DNA of 64,000 nucleotides from an uncultured Alphaproteobacteria bacterium (GTDB lineage: Bacteria; Pseudomonadota; Alphaproteobacteria; Rhizobiales; Kaistiaceae). The notes under the pieces were generated by a model. That model was not told where the DNA came from and made no database searches. It saw only the letters and a list, made by a program, of their open reading frames with translations. Below are positions 54,762 to 64,000 of this stretch, piece by piece. The stretch lies in contig CAWAJQ010000003.1 of NCBI GenBank assembly GCA_963782395.1, positions 71,364-135,363 on the forward strand. The letters run 5' to 3'. A program made the position numbers and the translations under genes. Each line of letters opens with the position of its first letter. The stretch's first letter is position 1.

Positions 54762-57700
54762 CTACTCCGCCGCGGCCGAATAGGTGGTCACACGCCCCTG
54801 TTCTTCCGCAGTGGGTGTGAGACCGCCGCTGATCGCGTGGGCTTCCTCCAGCTCGCGTTCGAGCCGCTGCTCCTCGGCGACGCGCGGCTTGGCGAACCTG
54901 GCGAGCAGCATGTAGACCGTCGGCGTCAGGAACAACGTGGCCAGCGTGGCGATGCCGAGGCCGCCGACGATGACCCAGCCGAGCGCATGGCGGGCCTCGG
55001 AACCGGCACCGCCGCGCAACACCAGCGGCAGGCCGCCGAGCACGGTGGCGATCATGGTCATCACCACCGGGCGCAAGCGGATCAGCGCGGCGTTGCGCAC
55101 CGCGTCGTGGACCGACTGTCCAGCATCGCGGAGCTGGTTGGCGAACTCGACGATGAGAATGCCGTTTTTCGACATCAGCCCGACCAGCATGACCAAACCG
55201 ATCTCGCTGTAGATATTGATCGAGCCGTGGGTGATGAGAATGGCGAAGACCGCCGCGGCAAGGCCGAAGGGCACCGTGGCAATCAAGATGAAGGCGCTCG
55301 AGAAGCTCTCGAACTGGCCGGCGAGAACGAGCAGGACGATGAGCAGAGCAAAGATGAAGGTCTGCACGACGCCGCTGGTGGCGCTGTTCAGCTCCTTAGC
55401 CTCGCCGGTGAAGACCAGGCCGTTATTGGCCGGCAGGATCTTGGCGGCGAGCGACTGCAGCTCGTTCATCGCCTGGCGCAGGTCGACGCCGTCGGCCAGC
55501 GTGGAGCCGATGGGGATGGCGCGCATCTGGTTCTGGCGCGGCAGGCTAGGCGCCACCGCCGACTCCTTGAAGGTGACCAGCGAGGAGAGCGGCACCATCT
55601 TGCCGTCCTTGGTACGCAGCTGCATGTTGTCGAGCGCGCTGGTGTCCTGAACCATGCCGTCGGGCACCTTGGCGAGGATCTCGATCGGATTGTCGCCGAC
55701 GTAGTAGTTGCCGAGGTCCTTGCCGCTGAGGATCGTCTGCACGGCCGCCGAAATGGTGTCGACCGAGATGCCGACATCGGCAGCGCGCTGGCGGTTGATC
55801 TGGATCGCCATCTGCGGCTGGGTGGTGTTGTAGTTGAGCTGGACGCGGCCGTAGACGGGATCCTTCTCCATCGCCTGGACCAGCTTGTCGGCGACGCCGG
55901 CGAGCTGGTCGTAATCGGAGCCGGTGATGGCGAATTGCAGGCCCTGGCCGCCGCCGCGGATGCCGAGGCTGTTGGCCGTGCGGGCAAAGACCTCAACGCC
56001 CGGAATCTGTTGCAGCTCACGGTTCAGTTGCGAGGTGATCTCGGCCTGCGTGCGCGAGCGCTCTCCCCACGGCGCCAGTGTCATGAACATGAAGCCGCCA
56101 TTGCCGTTGTTGCGGGCGATCGAGAAGATGTTGGTGGCTTCGCCGCTCTTGAGCAGCGGCGTGGCGATCTGCTCGACCAGCTTCATCTGGGCTTCGGTGT
56201 AGTCGACGGTCGAGCCCTGCGGCACCGAGACCGAGATCGGAATGAAGCCGCGATCCTCGTTCGGCGTGAGCTCCGAGGGGAGCAGGTTGAAGGCAGCCAC
56301 GGCCGCGCCGGCAAACAGCAGAGCGATGACGATGACAACCATCGGCGCCTTCAAGGCGGCGTCGAGCAACCCCGTATAGACATGGATGATACGCTCGCCG
56401 AAGGCGGCGACGCGGCGGCCGATGGCATTGTGCTGGTGATGGGCCTGCTTGTCGCTGATCAGCCGCGAGGCCAGCATCGGCGACAGTGTGAGCGCGACAA
56501 AGCAGGACAGCGTCACCGCGAAGGCGAGCACGAAACCGAATTCGGAGAACAGCGAGCCGGTGAGCCCGGGGAAGAACGAAATCGGGATGAACACCGCGGC
56601 CAGCGTCGCGGTGGTGGCGAGAACGGCGAAGAACACCTGACGGGTACCGAGCACCGCCGCGGCGCGGGGCCCGAGGCCGAGGCTGCGCTGGCGCGAAATG
56701 TTCTCGATGACGACAATGGCGTCGTCGACCACAAGGCCGGTCGCCAGCACCAGGGCGAGTAGCGTCAGCACGTTGATCGAGAAGCCGACCACCCACATGG
56801 CGGCAAGCGTGCCGATCAGCGCGATCGGCACGGTGACCGCCGGAATGAACGTCACCCGCAGCGACTGCAGGAACAGGTAGATGACGGCGATGACGATGGT
56901 GGTGGCGATGATGAGGGTGATCAGCACCTCGCGGATGGCGCCGCTGATGAACTCGGCATCGTCCGAGGTGATGGTCAGGTTGACGCCGGGCGGCAGCGAG
57001 CTCTTCATCTCGGCGATCGCCTTGCGCACGCCAGCCGAGATATCGAGCGTATTGGCGCGGGCCTGACGCACGATGCCGAGGCCGACGCCGGTCTGGCCGT
57101 TGATGCGCAGCGAGGTGGTTTTGTCCGCCGGGCCGAAGACGACGTCGGCGACGTCCGAGACCTTGGTCTGCGGGTCGATCTGAATATTGGCGATCTCGTC
57201 GGCCGATTTGGCGCTGGCGTCGGCGCGCACGAGCAGCGTGCGGTTGGCGTCCGAGATCGTGCCGGCTGGCGCATCGAGGGTAACGTTGCCGAGCGCCGTA
57301 TTGAGGTCGGCGATGGTGAGGCCGTGGGCGGCGAGCTCGTCGGGATTGATGATGATCTGAACGATCGGGCTGCGGTCGCCGAAGACCTGCACATCGGCGA
57401 CGCCGTCGACGGCGGCCAGCCGCGTGACGATCACGTCGTTGACGACCTGGGTGAGGTCCTGGATCGACATCGTCGACGAGGTCGCCGCCAGGCGCATGAT
57501 GGCGTCGGCGTTGGCGTCCGCCTTGACGATGGTCGGCGGCTGGAAGTTGTCGTCGGTGGGCAGGCTGCGCAGATTGCCGATGGCGTCGCGCAGGTCGTTG
57601 GCGGCGACGTTGATGTCGGTCTTCTGGTCGAACTCGACGGTCACCTGGCTCTGGCCGGCGCTCGACGACGAGGAGATGGAGACAACGCCGGGGACGCGCG

Positions 57701-57953
57701 CCACGGCGCCCTCGATGACGCTGGTGACTTCCTTGTCGATCGTGTCGGGCGTGGCACCGGTGTAGTTGGTGCGCACGGTGATCACCGGACGGTCGATATT
57801 GGGCAGTTCGCGGACCTCGATGCTGCGCCAGGCCGCGAGACCGGCGATGACGATCAGCAGATTGAGGACGACGGCGAGAACCGGCCGGCGAACGAACAGC
57901 GCGGCAATCCCGCCGTCACGGGTAGCATGCGGATTGGCGTCGATCTTGGCCAT
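54762..57953 (-). CDS. RND efflux transporter permease (AcrB/HAE family)
   Basis: 1063 aa, AcrB-like throughout. Confidence 0.9.
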   Translation of the reverse strand: MAKIDANPHATRDGGIAALFVRRPVLAVVLNLLIVIAGLAAWRSIEVRELPNIDRPVITVRTNYTGATPDTIDKEVTSVIEGAVARVPGVVSISSSSSAGQSQVTVEFDQKTDINVAANDLRDAIGNLRSLPTDDNFQPPTIVKADANADAIMRLAATSSTMSIQDLTQVVNDVIVTRLAAVDGVADVQVFGDRSPIVQIIINPDELAAHGLTIADLNTALGNVTLDAPAGTISDANRTLLVRADASAKSADEIANIQIDPQTKVSDVADVVFGPADKTTSLRINGQTGVGLGIVRQARANTLDISAGVRKAIAEMKSSLPPGVNLTITSDDAEFISGAIREVLITLIIATTIVIAVIYLFLQSLRVTFIPAVTVPIALIGTLAAMWVVGFSINVLTLLALVLATGLVVDDAIVVIENISRQRSLGLGPRAAAVLGTRQVFFAVLATTATLAAVFIPISFFPGLTGSLFSEFGFVLAFAVTLSCFVALTLSPMLASRLISDKQAHHQHNAIGRRVAAFGERIIHVYTGLLDAALKAPMVVIVIALLFAGAAVAAFNLLPSELTPNEDRGFIPISVSVPQGSTVDYTEAQMKLVEQIATPLLKSGEATNIFSIARNNGNGGFMFMTLAPWGERSRTQAEITSQLNRELQQIPGVEVFARTANSLGIRGGGQGLQFAITGSDYDQLAGVADKLVQAMEKDPVYGRVQLNYNTTQPQMAIQINRQRAADVGISVDTISAAVQTILSGKDLGNYYVGDNPIEILAKVPDGMVQDTSALDNMQLRTKDGKMVPLSSLVTFKESAVAPSLPRQNQMRAIPIGSTLADGVDLRQAMNELQSLAAKILPANNGLVFTGEAKELNSATSGVVQTFIFALLIVLLVLAGQFESFSSAFILIATVPFGLAAAVFAILITHGSINIYSEIGLVMLVGLMSKNGILIVEFANQLRDAGQSVHDAVRNAALIRLRPVVMTMIATVLGGLPLVLRGGAGSEARHALGWVIVGGLGIATLATLFLTPTVYMLLARFAKPRVAEEQRLERELEEAHAISGGLTPTAEEQGRVTTYSAAAE

Positions 57954-57965
57954 CGCGTCGCTCGC

Positions 57966-59258
57966 TCAACCGCTGGTCGGGCGGCGCTGACCGGCACCGT
58001 TGCCGGTGCCATTGCCGCCGCCCTTGCCGCTACCACCCTGGCCACCCCCACCGGCCGCCGCCTCAGGCGCAGTGCTTTCGGGCTTTGCTGAACCATTGCC
58101 GGCGGCCGCGTCAGCCTCGGTCACCTTGCTGCCTTCACGGATGCGTTGCAGGCCCTCGACGACCACCAGATCGTTCTCCGCCACATCACCGCTGACCATG
58201 ACGGCACCGCTGCGCCGGCCGAGGATCTGCACGTCGACGCGATGGGCGCTGCCGTCGGTGATCTTCCACACATAGGACCCGGCGCGATCCCACTGCACGG
58301 CCAGCGACGGCACGGAAGGATGCGGCGTGCCGGGGAAGCTCATGGCGACGGTGAGCGCCATGCCCGGCTTGAGAACGTTGGCGTCGTTGGGCAGCGTCGC
58401 CTCGACCCTGAGCGTGCGGGCCACCGGGTCGACACGGTTGTCGACCGCAGAGATGGCGCCCTTGAAGTTCTGACCGGCAAGCGCCTCGGTGGAGGCGGTG
58501 ACCGGCTGGCCGACGCCAACCAGTCCGGATGCGCGCTCCGGCACATCGAAGGCGACCGTCACCTTCGACATGTCGTCGAGCGTGGCGATCGCCTTGGAGG
58601 AGCTGATGAGGTCGCCGATGGCGATATCGGTGAGGCCGATGATGCCGGCGAAGGGCGCCGTGATGGTACGCTTGGCGAGGTCGTTCTGCGCCGCCTTCAA
58701 TACGATTTGCGCGGTCTGCTGGGCCGTGCGGGCATCGGTCAACGCGACGGTGGTGATGTTGTTCGACTTGGCGAGCTGCTCGGCGCGGTCAAGGGCCGAC
58801 TGGGCGGTTTGCAACGCGATCTTCGCCTTTTCGAGCGCCACCTGCTGGTCGGAATCATCGAGCTGGATGAGCGTCTGGCCCTTGGCGACCTTGGTGCCCG
58901 GGGTGAAGGCGACGTCAGTGACGATGCCGCTGTCCTGCGGATAGAGGGTCACCTCCTGCTCCGCCGCGACCGTGCCGATGGCGCGCACGTCGATTCCTGT
59001 ATCGTCGGTGGCGACCGGCGCGGTGACCACGAGGACCGGCCCGCCGCGGCCAAAGCCCTGTCCGCCGCGCCCGCCGCCGCCACCACCGCCACCGGCTTCC
59101 CTGGCTCCAGGCGGTCCACCAGCGCCCTGCTGCGTGGAGAAATAGCCCTGGTCGTAGGCGTACCAGCCCGCCGCAGCGATCAGGATGACAATGAGGGAAA
59201 GGACGATCTGTCTGTTGGCGGACATGCGGACCGACGGTTTGGTTGCGGTGTAGCGCAT
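57966..59258 (-). CDS. RND efflux periplasmic adaptor (MFP) with Gly-rich low-complexity segments
   Basis: 430 aa with a typical MFP core (ITAPFAGIIGLTDIAIGDLIS), plus GGGGGGGRGGQGFGRGG near the N-terminus and a GGGGQGGSGKGGGNGTGNG tail. Confidence 0.85.
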   Translation of the reverse strand: MRYTATKPSVRMSANRQIVLSLIVILIAAAGWYAYDQGYFSTQQGAGGPPGAREAGGGGGGGGRGGQGFGRGGPVLVVTAPVATDDTGIDVRAIGTVAAEQEVTLYPQDSGIVTDVAFTPGTKVAKGQTLIQLDDSDQQVALEKAKIALQTAQSALDRAEQLAKSNNITTVALTDARTAQQTAQIVLKAAQNDLAKRTITAPFAGIIGLTDIAIGDLISSSKAIATLDDMSKVTVAFDVPERASGLVGVGQPVTASTEALAGQNFKGAISAVDNRVDPVARTLRVEATLPNDANVLKPGMALTVAMSFPGTPHPSVPSLAVQWDRAGSYVWKITDGSAHRVDVQILGRRSGAVMVSGDVAENDLVVVEGLQRIREGSKVTEADAAAGNGSAKPESTAPEAAAGGGGQGGSGKGGGNGTGNGAGQRRPTSG

Positions 59259-59454
59259 TGAACGCGTGCGACGGCGTTTTCCGTCGCGGGCGCAGCGATG
59301 CTACCAGATTGGAACAGGTCTGACTTTGCAAGACTTTGTTTTAACGTGAGTTTCGCAAACGTCCCGGCGCCTTGGGCCGGCGGCTCGCGGCAGTCTTGCC
59401 CCCTGCCCTCAGCCTCGATATGACCGGACATCTCTGCGGGGGAGCCTAGGCCAC

Positions 59455-60900
59455 ATGGACGCCAACGTCGTCGGACGCCTTGCCGAAGCCCATCTTGTGG
59501 TGGTCGGCGACGTGATGCTCGACCGCTTCGTCGAAGGCCAGATGACGCGGGTGTCGCGCGAGGCGCCGGTGCCGGTGCTGAAATTCGGCGCATCGCACGC
59601 CTATCCCGGTGGCGCCGCCAATGTCGCGGCCAACGTCCTGGCCTATGGCAGCGCGGTGACGCTGGTGGGGCTCACCGGCGCCGATGCCGAGGCCGATGAA
59701 CTCAAGGCGCTGTGCCGGAGCTTCCCGCGCCTCAGCGAACGGCTGATTGCCGATACCGGGCGCCCGACGACCGTCAAGACGCGCTACCTCAGCGGCTGGC
59801 ACCAACTGCTTTGCATCGATGCGGAGGACACGCGGCCGGCCGAACCGGCGGTGCGCGACCGACTGGTCGCGGCAGGCCGCGACGCGCTCGACACCTGCGG
59901 CGCGCTGGTGATTTCCGATTATGGACGCGGGGCGCTCGACGAGACGTCGATCGCCGCGCTGATCGGCGCAGCACGCGCCGCCGGCAGGCAAGTGGTGGTC
60001 GACCCGCGCCGGGCCAACGCCTCGGCCTTTGCCGGCGCCACGGTGCTGACGCCCAATATCGAGGAGATGACCGCCTTCTCCGGCATCCGCGCCGACAGCG
60101 ACGAGAGTGCCGTGGCCGCCTGCCGCAAGGTGCTCGACACGGCGGCGATCGACGCGGTGCTGCTCACCCGCGGCTCGGCCGGCATGACGCTGGTCCGGCA
60201 CGGCGCAGAGCCGCTGCATGTGCGCGCCGAAACCCACCGCGTGTTCGACGTCACCGGCGCCGGCGACACGGTGGTGGCGACACTGGCGACGGCACTCGCG
60301 GTCGGCGCATCGCTCGATGATGCCGTGCGGCTGGCCAATGTCGCGGCGGGCATCGTGGTCGCCAAGCCAGGCACGGCGACGGTGCGGCCGCAGGAGCTGA
60401 GCCACGCGCTGGGGGCCGGGCTCGGCGACGGCGTGGTGGCTCGCGACGACGCGGCGGCACGCGTCGCGGAATGGCAGGCCAAGGGCCTGAAAATCGGCTT
60501 CACCAATGGCGTCTTCGACCTTCTTCATCGCGGCCACCTGCATTCGCTGGAACAGGCGGCGCGGCGGGTCGACCGGCTGGTGGTCGGCGTCAACTCCGAC
60601 GCATCGACGCGGCGCCTGAAAGGGCCGGAGCGGCCGGTGCAGGGCGAGGAGACGCGGGCGGCGGTGCTGGCCGCGCTGCGCTCGGTCGATCTGGTGACGA
60701 TCTTCGGCGAGGACACGCCGGAGGAACTGATCCAGGCGGTGAAGCCCGACTTGCTGTTCAAGGGCGCCGACTATGAAGGCCAGCAGATCCCCGGCCAGGC
60801 CTTCGTCGAGGCGCAAGGCGGCAGCGTGACGCTGCTGCCGCTGCTCGAAGGCTACAGCACGACCAGCACGGTCAAGAAGGTGCGCGAGGGGAAGGCGTAG
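59455..60900 (+). CDS. hldE: Bifunctional D-glycero-beta-D-manno-heptose-7-phosphate kinase / heptose-1-phosphate adenylyltransferase
   Basis: 481 aa. N-terminal ribokinase-like domain (VFDVTGAGDTVVATLA) and C-terminal cytidylyltransferase domain (GFTNGVFDLLHRGHLHSL). Confidence 0.9.
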   Translation: MDANVVGRLAEAHLVVVGDVMLDRFVEGQMTRVSREAPVPVLKFGASHAYPGGAANVAANVLAYGSAVTLVGLTGADAEADELKALCRSFPRLSERLIADTGRPTTVKTRYLSGWHQLLCIDAEDTRPAEPAVRDRLVAAGRDALDTCGALVISDYGRGALDETSIAALIGAARAAGRQVVVDPRRANASAFAGATVLTPNIEEMTAFSGIRADSDESAVAACRKVLDTAAIDAVLLTRGSAGMTLVRHGAEPLHVRAETHRVFDVTGAGDTVVATLATALAVGASLDDAVRLANVAAGIVVAKPGTATVRPQELSHALGAGLGDGVVARDDAAARVAEWQAKGLKIGFTNGVFDLLHRGHLHSLEQAARRVDRLVVGVNSDASTRRLKGPERPVQGEETRAAVLAALRSVDLVTIFGEDTPEELIQAVKPDLLFKGADYEGQQIPGQAFVEAQGGSVTLLPLLEGYSTTSTVKKVREGKA

Positions 60901-60913
60901 GGCAGCGCCGAGG

Positions 60914-61324
60914 TCAGCGTTCGGTGACGAACGGATTGAGGATTTGCACGCCGAACGACTCGAAATCGCGCACGTTGCGGGTGACAATCGTCAGGCCGTG
61001 CCTCAGTGCGGTCGCGGCGATCATGGCGTCTTCGCTCAAATCGTCGGAACGGTGGTGCATCAGCTTCGCCCAGACGCGAAACGTCCGGCCGTCGAGCGGC
61101 AGGACGGTCGATGTCTGCTCCACCTGGTCGACCCATGCCTCTATCGCGGCGGCTTTTTCAGGATCCTGATCGCGCGCCAGTTCGATTCCGGCCTGCATCT
61201 CCCCTAGGGTCACGGCGCTGAGATATATCGGCTCCGTCGGTATGCTTTCGAGCCACGCCAGCACCGCGCCGTGTGGTCGCGTGCGGCGCAGCTCCGACAC
61301 CACATTGGTGTCCAGCAGGTACAT
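60914..61324 (-). CDS. vapC: Type II toxin, PIN-domain (VapC/FitB-like)
   Basis: MYLLDTNVVSELRR ... IAATALRHGLTIVTRNVRDF. Confidence 0.85.
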   Translation of the reverse strand: MYLLDTNVVSELRRTRPHGAVLAWLESIPTEPIYLSAVTLGEMQAGIELARDQDPEKAAAIEAWVDQVEQTSTVLPLDGRTFRVWAKLMHHRSDDLSEDAMIAATALRHGLTIVTRNVRDFESFGVQILNPFVTER

Positions 61325-61327
61325 GCC

Positions 61328-61588
61328 TCAATCGCCGAGATCAGGGATCGGTCGCCGCCGCCATCGTCCGCGTTTCGGCAGATCGATGTCGAACCGGTTT
61401 TCATCGGAGAGAAGCAGATCCTTCAGCGTCGGCTTGTTTGCCTTCTCCATCCTCGCCCACGTTTCCGCGGGCACCACGACCGCCGCCGGCACACCGCGGC
61501 GCGTGACCATCTGCGGTCCTTCCTTGAGGCTCGCTTCAAGCAGTTCGCTGAAGCGCGCCTTCGCATCCTGTACTTGCCAAGCCCGCAT
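61328..61588 (-). CDS. Type II antitoxin (Phd/YefM-like)
   Basis: 86 aa. WQVQDAKARFSELLEASLKEGPQMVTRRGVPAAVVVP. It ends 3 nt before the toxin start. Confidence 0.8.
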   Translation of the reverse strand: MRAWQVQDAKARFSELLEASLKEGPQMVTRRGVPAAVVVPAETWARMEKANKPTLKDLLLSDENRFDIDLPKRGRWRRRPIPDLGD

Positions 61589-61599
61589 AGCCTACCTCT

Positions 61600-61629
61600 G
61601 TTCTGACCAGTCATATGACTAGTCAGAAC
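61600..61629. promoter_or_regulatory. Palindromic candidate operator of the vapBC-like operon
   Basis: GTTCTGACCAGTCAT/ATGACTAGTCAGAAC, with arms matching at 14 of 15 positions, located 12 bp upstream of the antitoxin start. Confidence 0.55.
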
Positions 61630-61646
61630 ACTCAGTCAAGCTCCCC

Positions 61647-63353
61647 TCAGCAGAAGTCGAAGTCGCAGCCCTCGTCCGCCTGGAGGACGTGGTCGTGATA
61701 AAGGCGGTCGTAGCCGCGGCGGACCAGCGGCGTCGGCCGGTTCGCCTCGAATTCGGCGCGGCGGCGGGCAAGTTCAGCCTCGGTCACCAGCAGGTCGAGA
61801 CGGCGCTCCCTGACGCTGAGCTCGATGCGGTCGCCGGTCCTGACCAGCGCCAGCGGCCCGCCGGTGGCCGCGTCCGGCGTCACATGCAGCACGACGGCGC
61901 CATAGGCGGTGCCCGACATGCGCGCGTCGGAAATGCGCACCATGTCCTTGACGCCGGCACGGGCGAGCTTCTTGGGGATCGGCAGGTAGCCGGCCTCCGG
62001 CATGGCGGCGGCGCTCTTCGGGCCGGCATTCTGAAGTACCAGGATATCGTCGGGTGCAACGTCGAGGTCGTCGGCGTCGATGCGGTTGGCGAGGTCCTCG
62101 AGCGAGGTGAACACCACCGCCTTCCCGGTGTGCTCGAGCAGCCTCTGGTCGGCGGCGGAGCGCTTGAGGATGGCGCCGCCCGGCGCCAGCGACCCGAACA
62201 ATGCGACCAGACCACCTAACGGCTCGATCGGCGCGTCGCGCGCCTTGACGATGGCGCGGTCGACCGGGTCGAGGGGCGGACGGGCGAGCCGCTCGCCCAG
62301 CGTCTCGCCGGTCACCGTCATGCAGGTGAGGTCGAGCAGCGGGGCCAATTCGCGCATCACCGCCTCGACGCCGCCGGCGGCGAACAGGTCCTCCATGTAG
62401 CCGGTGCCAACCGGCTTGAGATTGACCAGAACCGGAGTCTCTTCAGACAGTTCGTTGAAGCGCTTGAGATCGAGGGCGAAGCCGCGGCGGCGGGCGATGG
62501 CCGCAAGGTGGATGACGGCGTTGGTCGAGCCGCCGATGGCCAGCAGCACGCGGATGGCGTTCTCGATGGATGCCGGCGTGACGATGCGCGAGGGCGTCAG
62601 GTCGGAGCCGATCAGCGCCGCGGCACGAGCGCCGCTTTCCTCGGCGATGCGCAGACGGTCGGCATGCACGGCGGGTGCGGCGGCGGAGCCGGGCAGGCCC
62701 ATGCCGAGCGCCTCGGTGAGGCAGGCCATGGTGCTTGCCGTGCCCATGACGGCGCAGGTGCCGGCGGTGGTGGCAAGCCGCCCCTCGACCTGTTCGATCT
62801 CGTCGTCGCCGATGTCGCCGGCGCGGTAGCGGGCCCAGAAGCGGCGGCAGTCGGTGCAGGCGCCGAGACGTTCGCCCCGGTGGTAGGAGGTCGACATGGG
62901 ACCGCCGACCAGAGCCACGGCCGGCAGGTCGACGGAGGCCGCCGCCATCAGCTGCGCTGGCATGGTCTTGTCGCAGCCGCCCATCAGCACGACGGAATCC
63001 ATCGGCTGGGCGCGAATCATCTCCTCGGTGTCGAGCGCCATCAGGTTGCGGAACTTGAGGCTGGTGGGCGACAGGAAGACCTCGCCGAGCGAAATGGTCG
63101 GGAACGGGATCGGCAGTGCGCCCGCGGTGAGCACGCCGCGCTTGACCGCCTCGAGCAGCTCCGGGAAGTGGCGATGGCAGTTGTTGAAGCCCGAGGCCGT
63201 ATAGGCAATGCCGACCACCGGCCGGTCGAGCACCGCCTCGCTGTAACCCATCGAGCGGGCGAAGGACCGGCGCAAATAGCGGGCAAAGTCCTTGTCGCCA
63301 TAGTTGGTGAGACCGCGGTCGATGCCGCGAGGATCGTCAGACCGGTTGTTCAT
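61647..63353 (-). CDS. IlvD/Edd-family dehydratase (sugar-acid dehydratase-like)
   Basis: 568 aa. MGGCDKTMPAQLMAAA and TAGTCAVMGTASTM motifs. Confidence 0.85.
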   Translation of the reverse strand: MNNRSDDPRGIDRGLTNYGDKDFARYLRRSFARSMGYSEAVLDRPVVGIAYTASGFNNCHRHFPELLEAVKRGVLTAGALPIPFPTISLGEVFLSPTSLKFRNLMALDTEEMIRAQPMDSVVLMGGCDKTMPAQLMAAASVDLPAVALVGGPMSTSYHRGERLGACTDCRRFWARYRAGDIGDDEIEQVEGRLATTAGTCAVMGTASTMACLTEALGMGLPGSAAAPAVHADRLRIAEESGARAAALIGSDLTPSRIVTPASIENAIRVLLAIGGSTNAVIHLAAIARRRGFALDLKRFNELSEETPVLVNLKPVGTGYMEDLFAAGGVEAVMRELAPLLDLTCMTVTGETLGERLARPPLDPVDRAIVKARDAPIEPLGGLVALFGSLAPGGAILKRSAADQRLLEHTGKAVVFTSLEDLANRIDADDLDVAPDDILVLQNAGPKSAAAMPEAGYLPIPKKLARAGVKDMVRISDARMSGTAYGAVVLHVTPDAATGGPLALVRTGDRIELSVRERRLDLLVTEAELARRRAEFEANRPTPLVRRGYDRLYHDHVLQADEGCDFDFC

Positions 63354-63445
63354 GGCGGGCGTGCCCGAATTTTCTTGTCATGCCGCGCCAGTTAGGCGGC
63401 TTCGCCGGCCCGGCGCAAGGGGCCGGCCGGTCGCACGCCGGCGGG

Positions 63446-64000
63446 TCAATGACGATGGTCGGCGTTGCGGGTGCGCATGATCCGCATGATGGCCTCGTGA
63501 GCCGAGGACACGATCTCTTCCATCGTGTCGCGGGCGGCCTTCGGGTCGCCGCGGGCGATCGCGTCGTAGACTGCGGTGTGTTGTTCGACAGCTATCTTCA
63601 ATCGCCCGCGTTCTTCAGCCTGCAACTTGAAACTCATGCCGAGAACCGGGCCGATGATCGTGCCCAGCCGCTCGAACAGCGAGTTGCCGCTTGCGGTCAG
63701 CAATGCCGCATGAAACTCGGCGTCGGCCTGCAGGAACAACGACTCGTTGTCCATGTTCGACCGCATTCCGTCGAGGGCCACCTTGATCCTGGCAAGGCGT
63801 TCGACGTCGACGCGGCGCGCCGCCAGCGCCGCGGCCTCCGGTTCGATCGTCCGGCGCAGTTCGATCAGGTCTTCGAGGAACTCCTGGCGGATGTTCTCCG
63901 GCGAATGCCAGGCGATCACGTCCGGGTCGAGCAGATTCCACGACGAGCGCGGCAGCACCGAGGTGCCGGTGCGGCGACGCGAGGCAACCAGGCCCTTGGC
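63446..64000 (-). CDS. GntR/FadR-family transcriptional regulator (FCD domain), N-terminus beyond the window
   Basis: ELRRTIEPEAAALAA...FHAALLTASGN... are FCD-domain motifs. The reading frame stays open to the window edge. Confidence 0.75.
   Translation of the reverse strand, partial: AKGLVASRRRTGTSVLPRSSWNLLDPDVIAWHSPENIRQEFLEDLIELRRTIEPEAAALAARRVDVERLARIKVALDGMRSNMDNESLFLQADAEFHAALLTASGNSLFERLGTIIGPVLGMSFKLQAEERGRLKIAVEQHTAVYDAIARGDPKAARDTMEEIVSSAHEAIMRIMRTRNADHRH

Noticed and set aside
1-64000. CRISPR arrays, rRNA and tRNA genes.
   Set aside because: I saw no regularly spaced short repeats and no rRNA- or tRNA-like conserved sequences while reading the window. A tRNAscan/Infernal run is still advisable.

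Overview
High-GC (roughly two-thirds G+C by eye) alphaproteobacterial, Rhizobiales-like chromosomal segment. The taxon call is an inference from the gene content (MucR/Ros, EfeUOB, DUF1491, SufE, HldE). Most of the window is housekeeping or transport: a 10-gene Mrp-type cation/proton antiporter operon, oligopeptidase B, Fe/Mn superoxide dismutase, methylmalonyl-CoA mutase, EfeUOB iron uptake, two RND efflux pairs, HldE and VapBC. Three lower-GC accessory patches stand out. (1) 3.77-7.9 kb holds an IS1595-family element whose 23-nt terminal inverted repeats enclose about 2.85 kb, including passenger genes (an HNH/zinc-ribbon-like protein and two tiny membrane proteins), with an intact IS3-family element next to it. 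(2) 18.9-23.6 kb is an islet directly after ptrB. It is bounded distally by a decayed duplicate of the ptrB 3' end. It carries a LuxR-family regulator, five or six small cysteine-containing proteins of no recognised family (five with signal peptides), a 150-bp direct repeat pair, and a conserved 18-bp palindrome upstream of two of the genes. This is my best candidate for an undescribed system. (3) 50.97-53.0 kb is a low-GC orphan gene for a large secreted protein with an apparent frameshift. Other items are three apparent frameshifts or gene decays (aminotransferase, a SigK-like ECF sigma fused to an RskA remnant, the orphan gene), an Irr/ICE-like box in a very AT-rich island upstream of efeU, and REP-like GGGGAGAGG hairpins at gene ends. 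I found no rRNA, tRNA or CRISPR array. All homology calls come from motif recognition by eye, and no database was searched.
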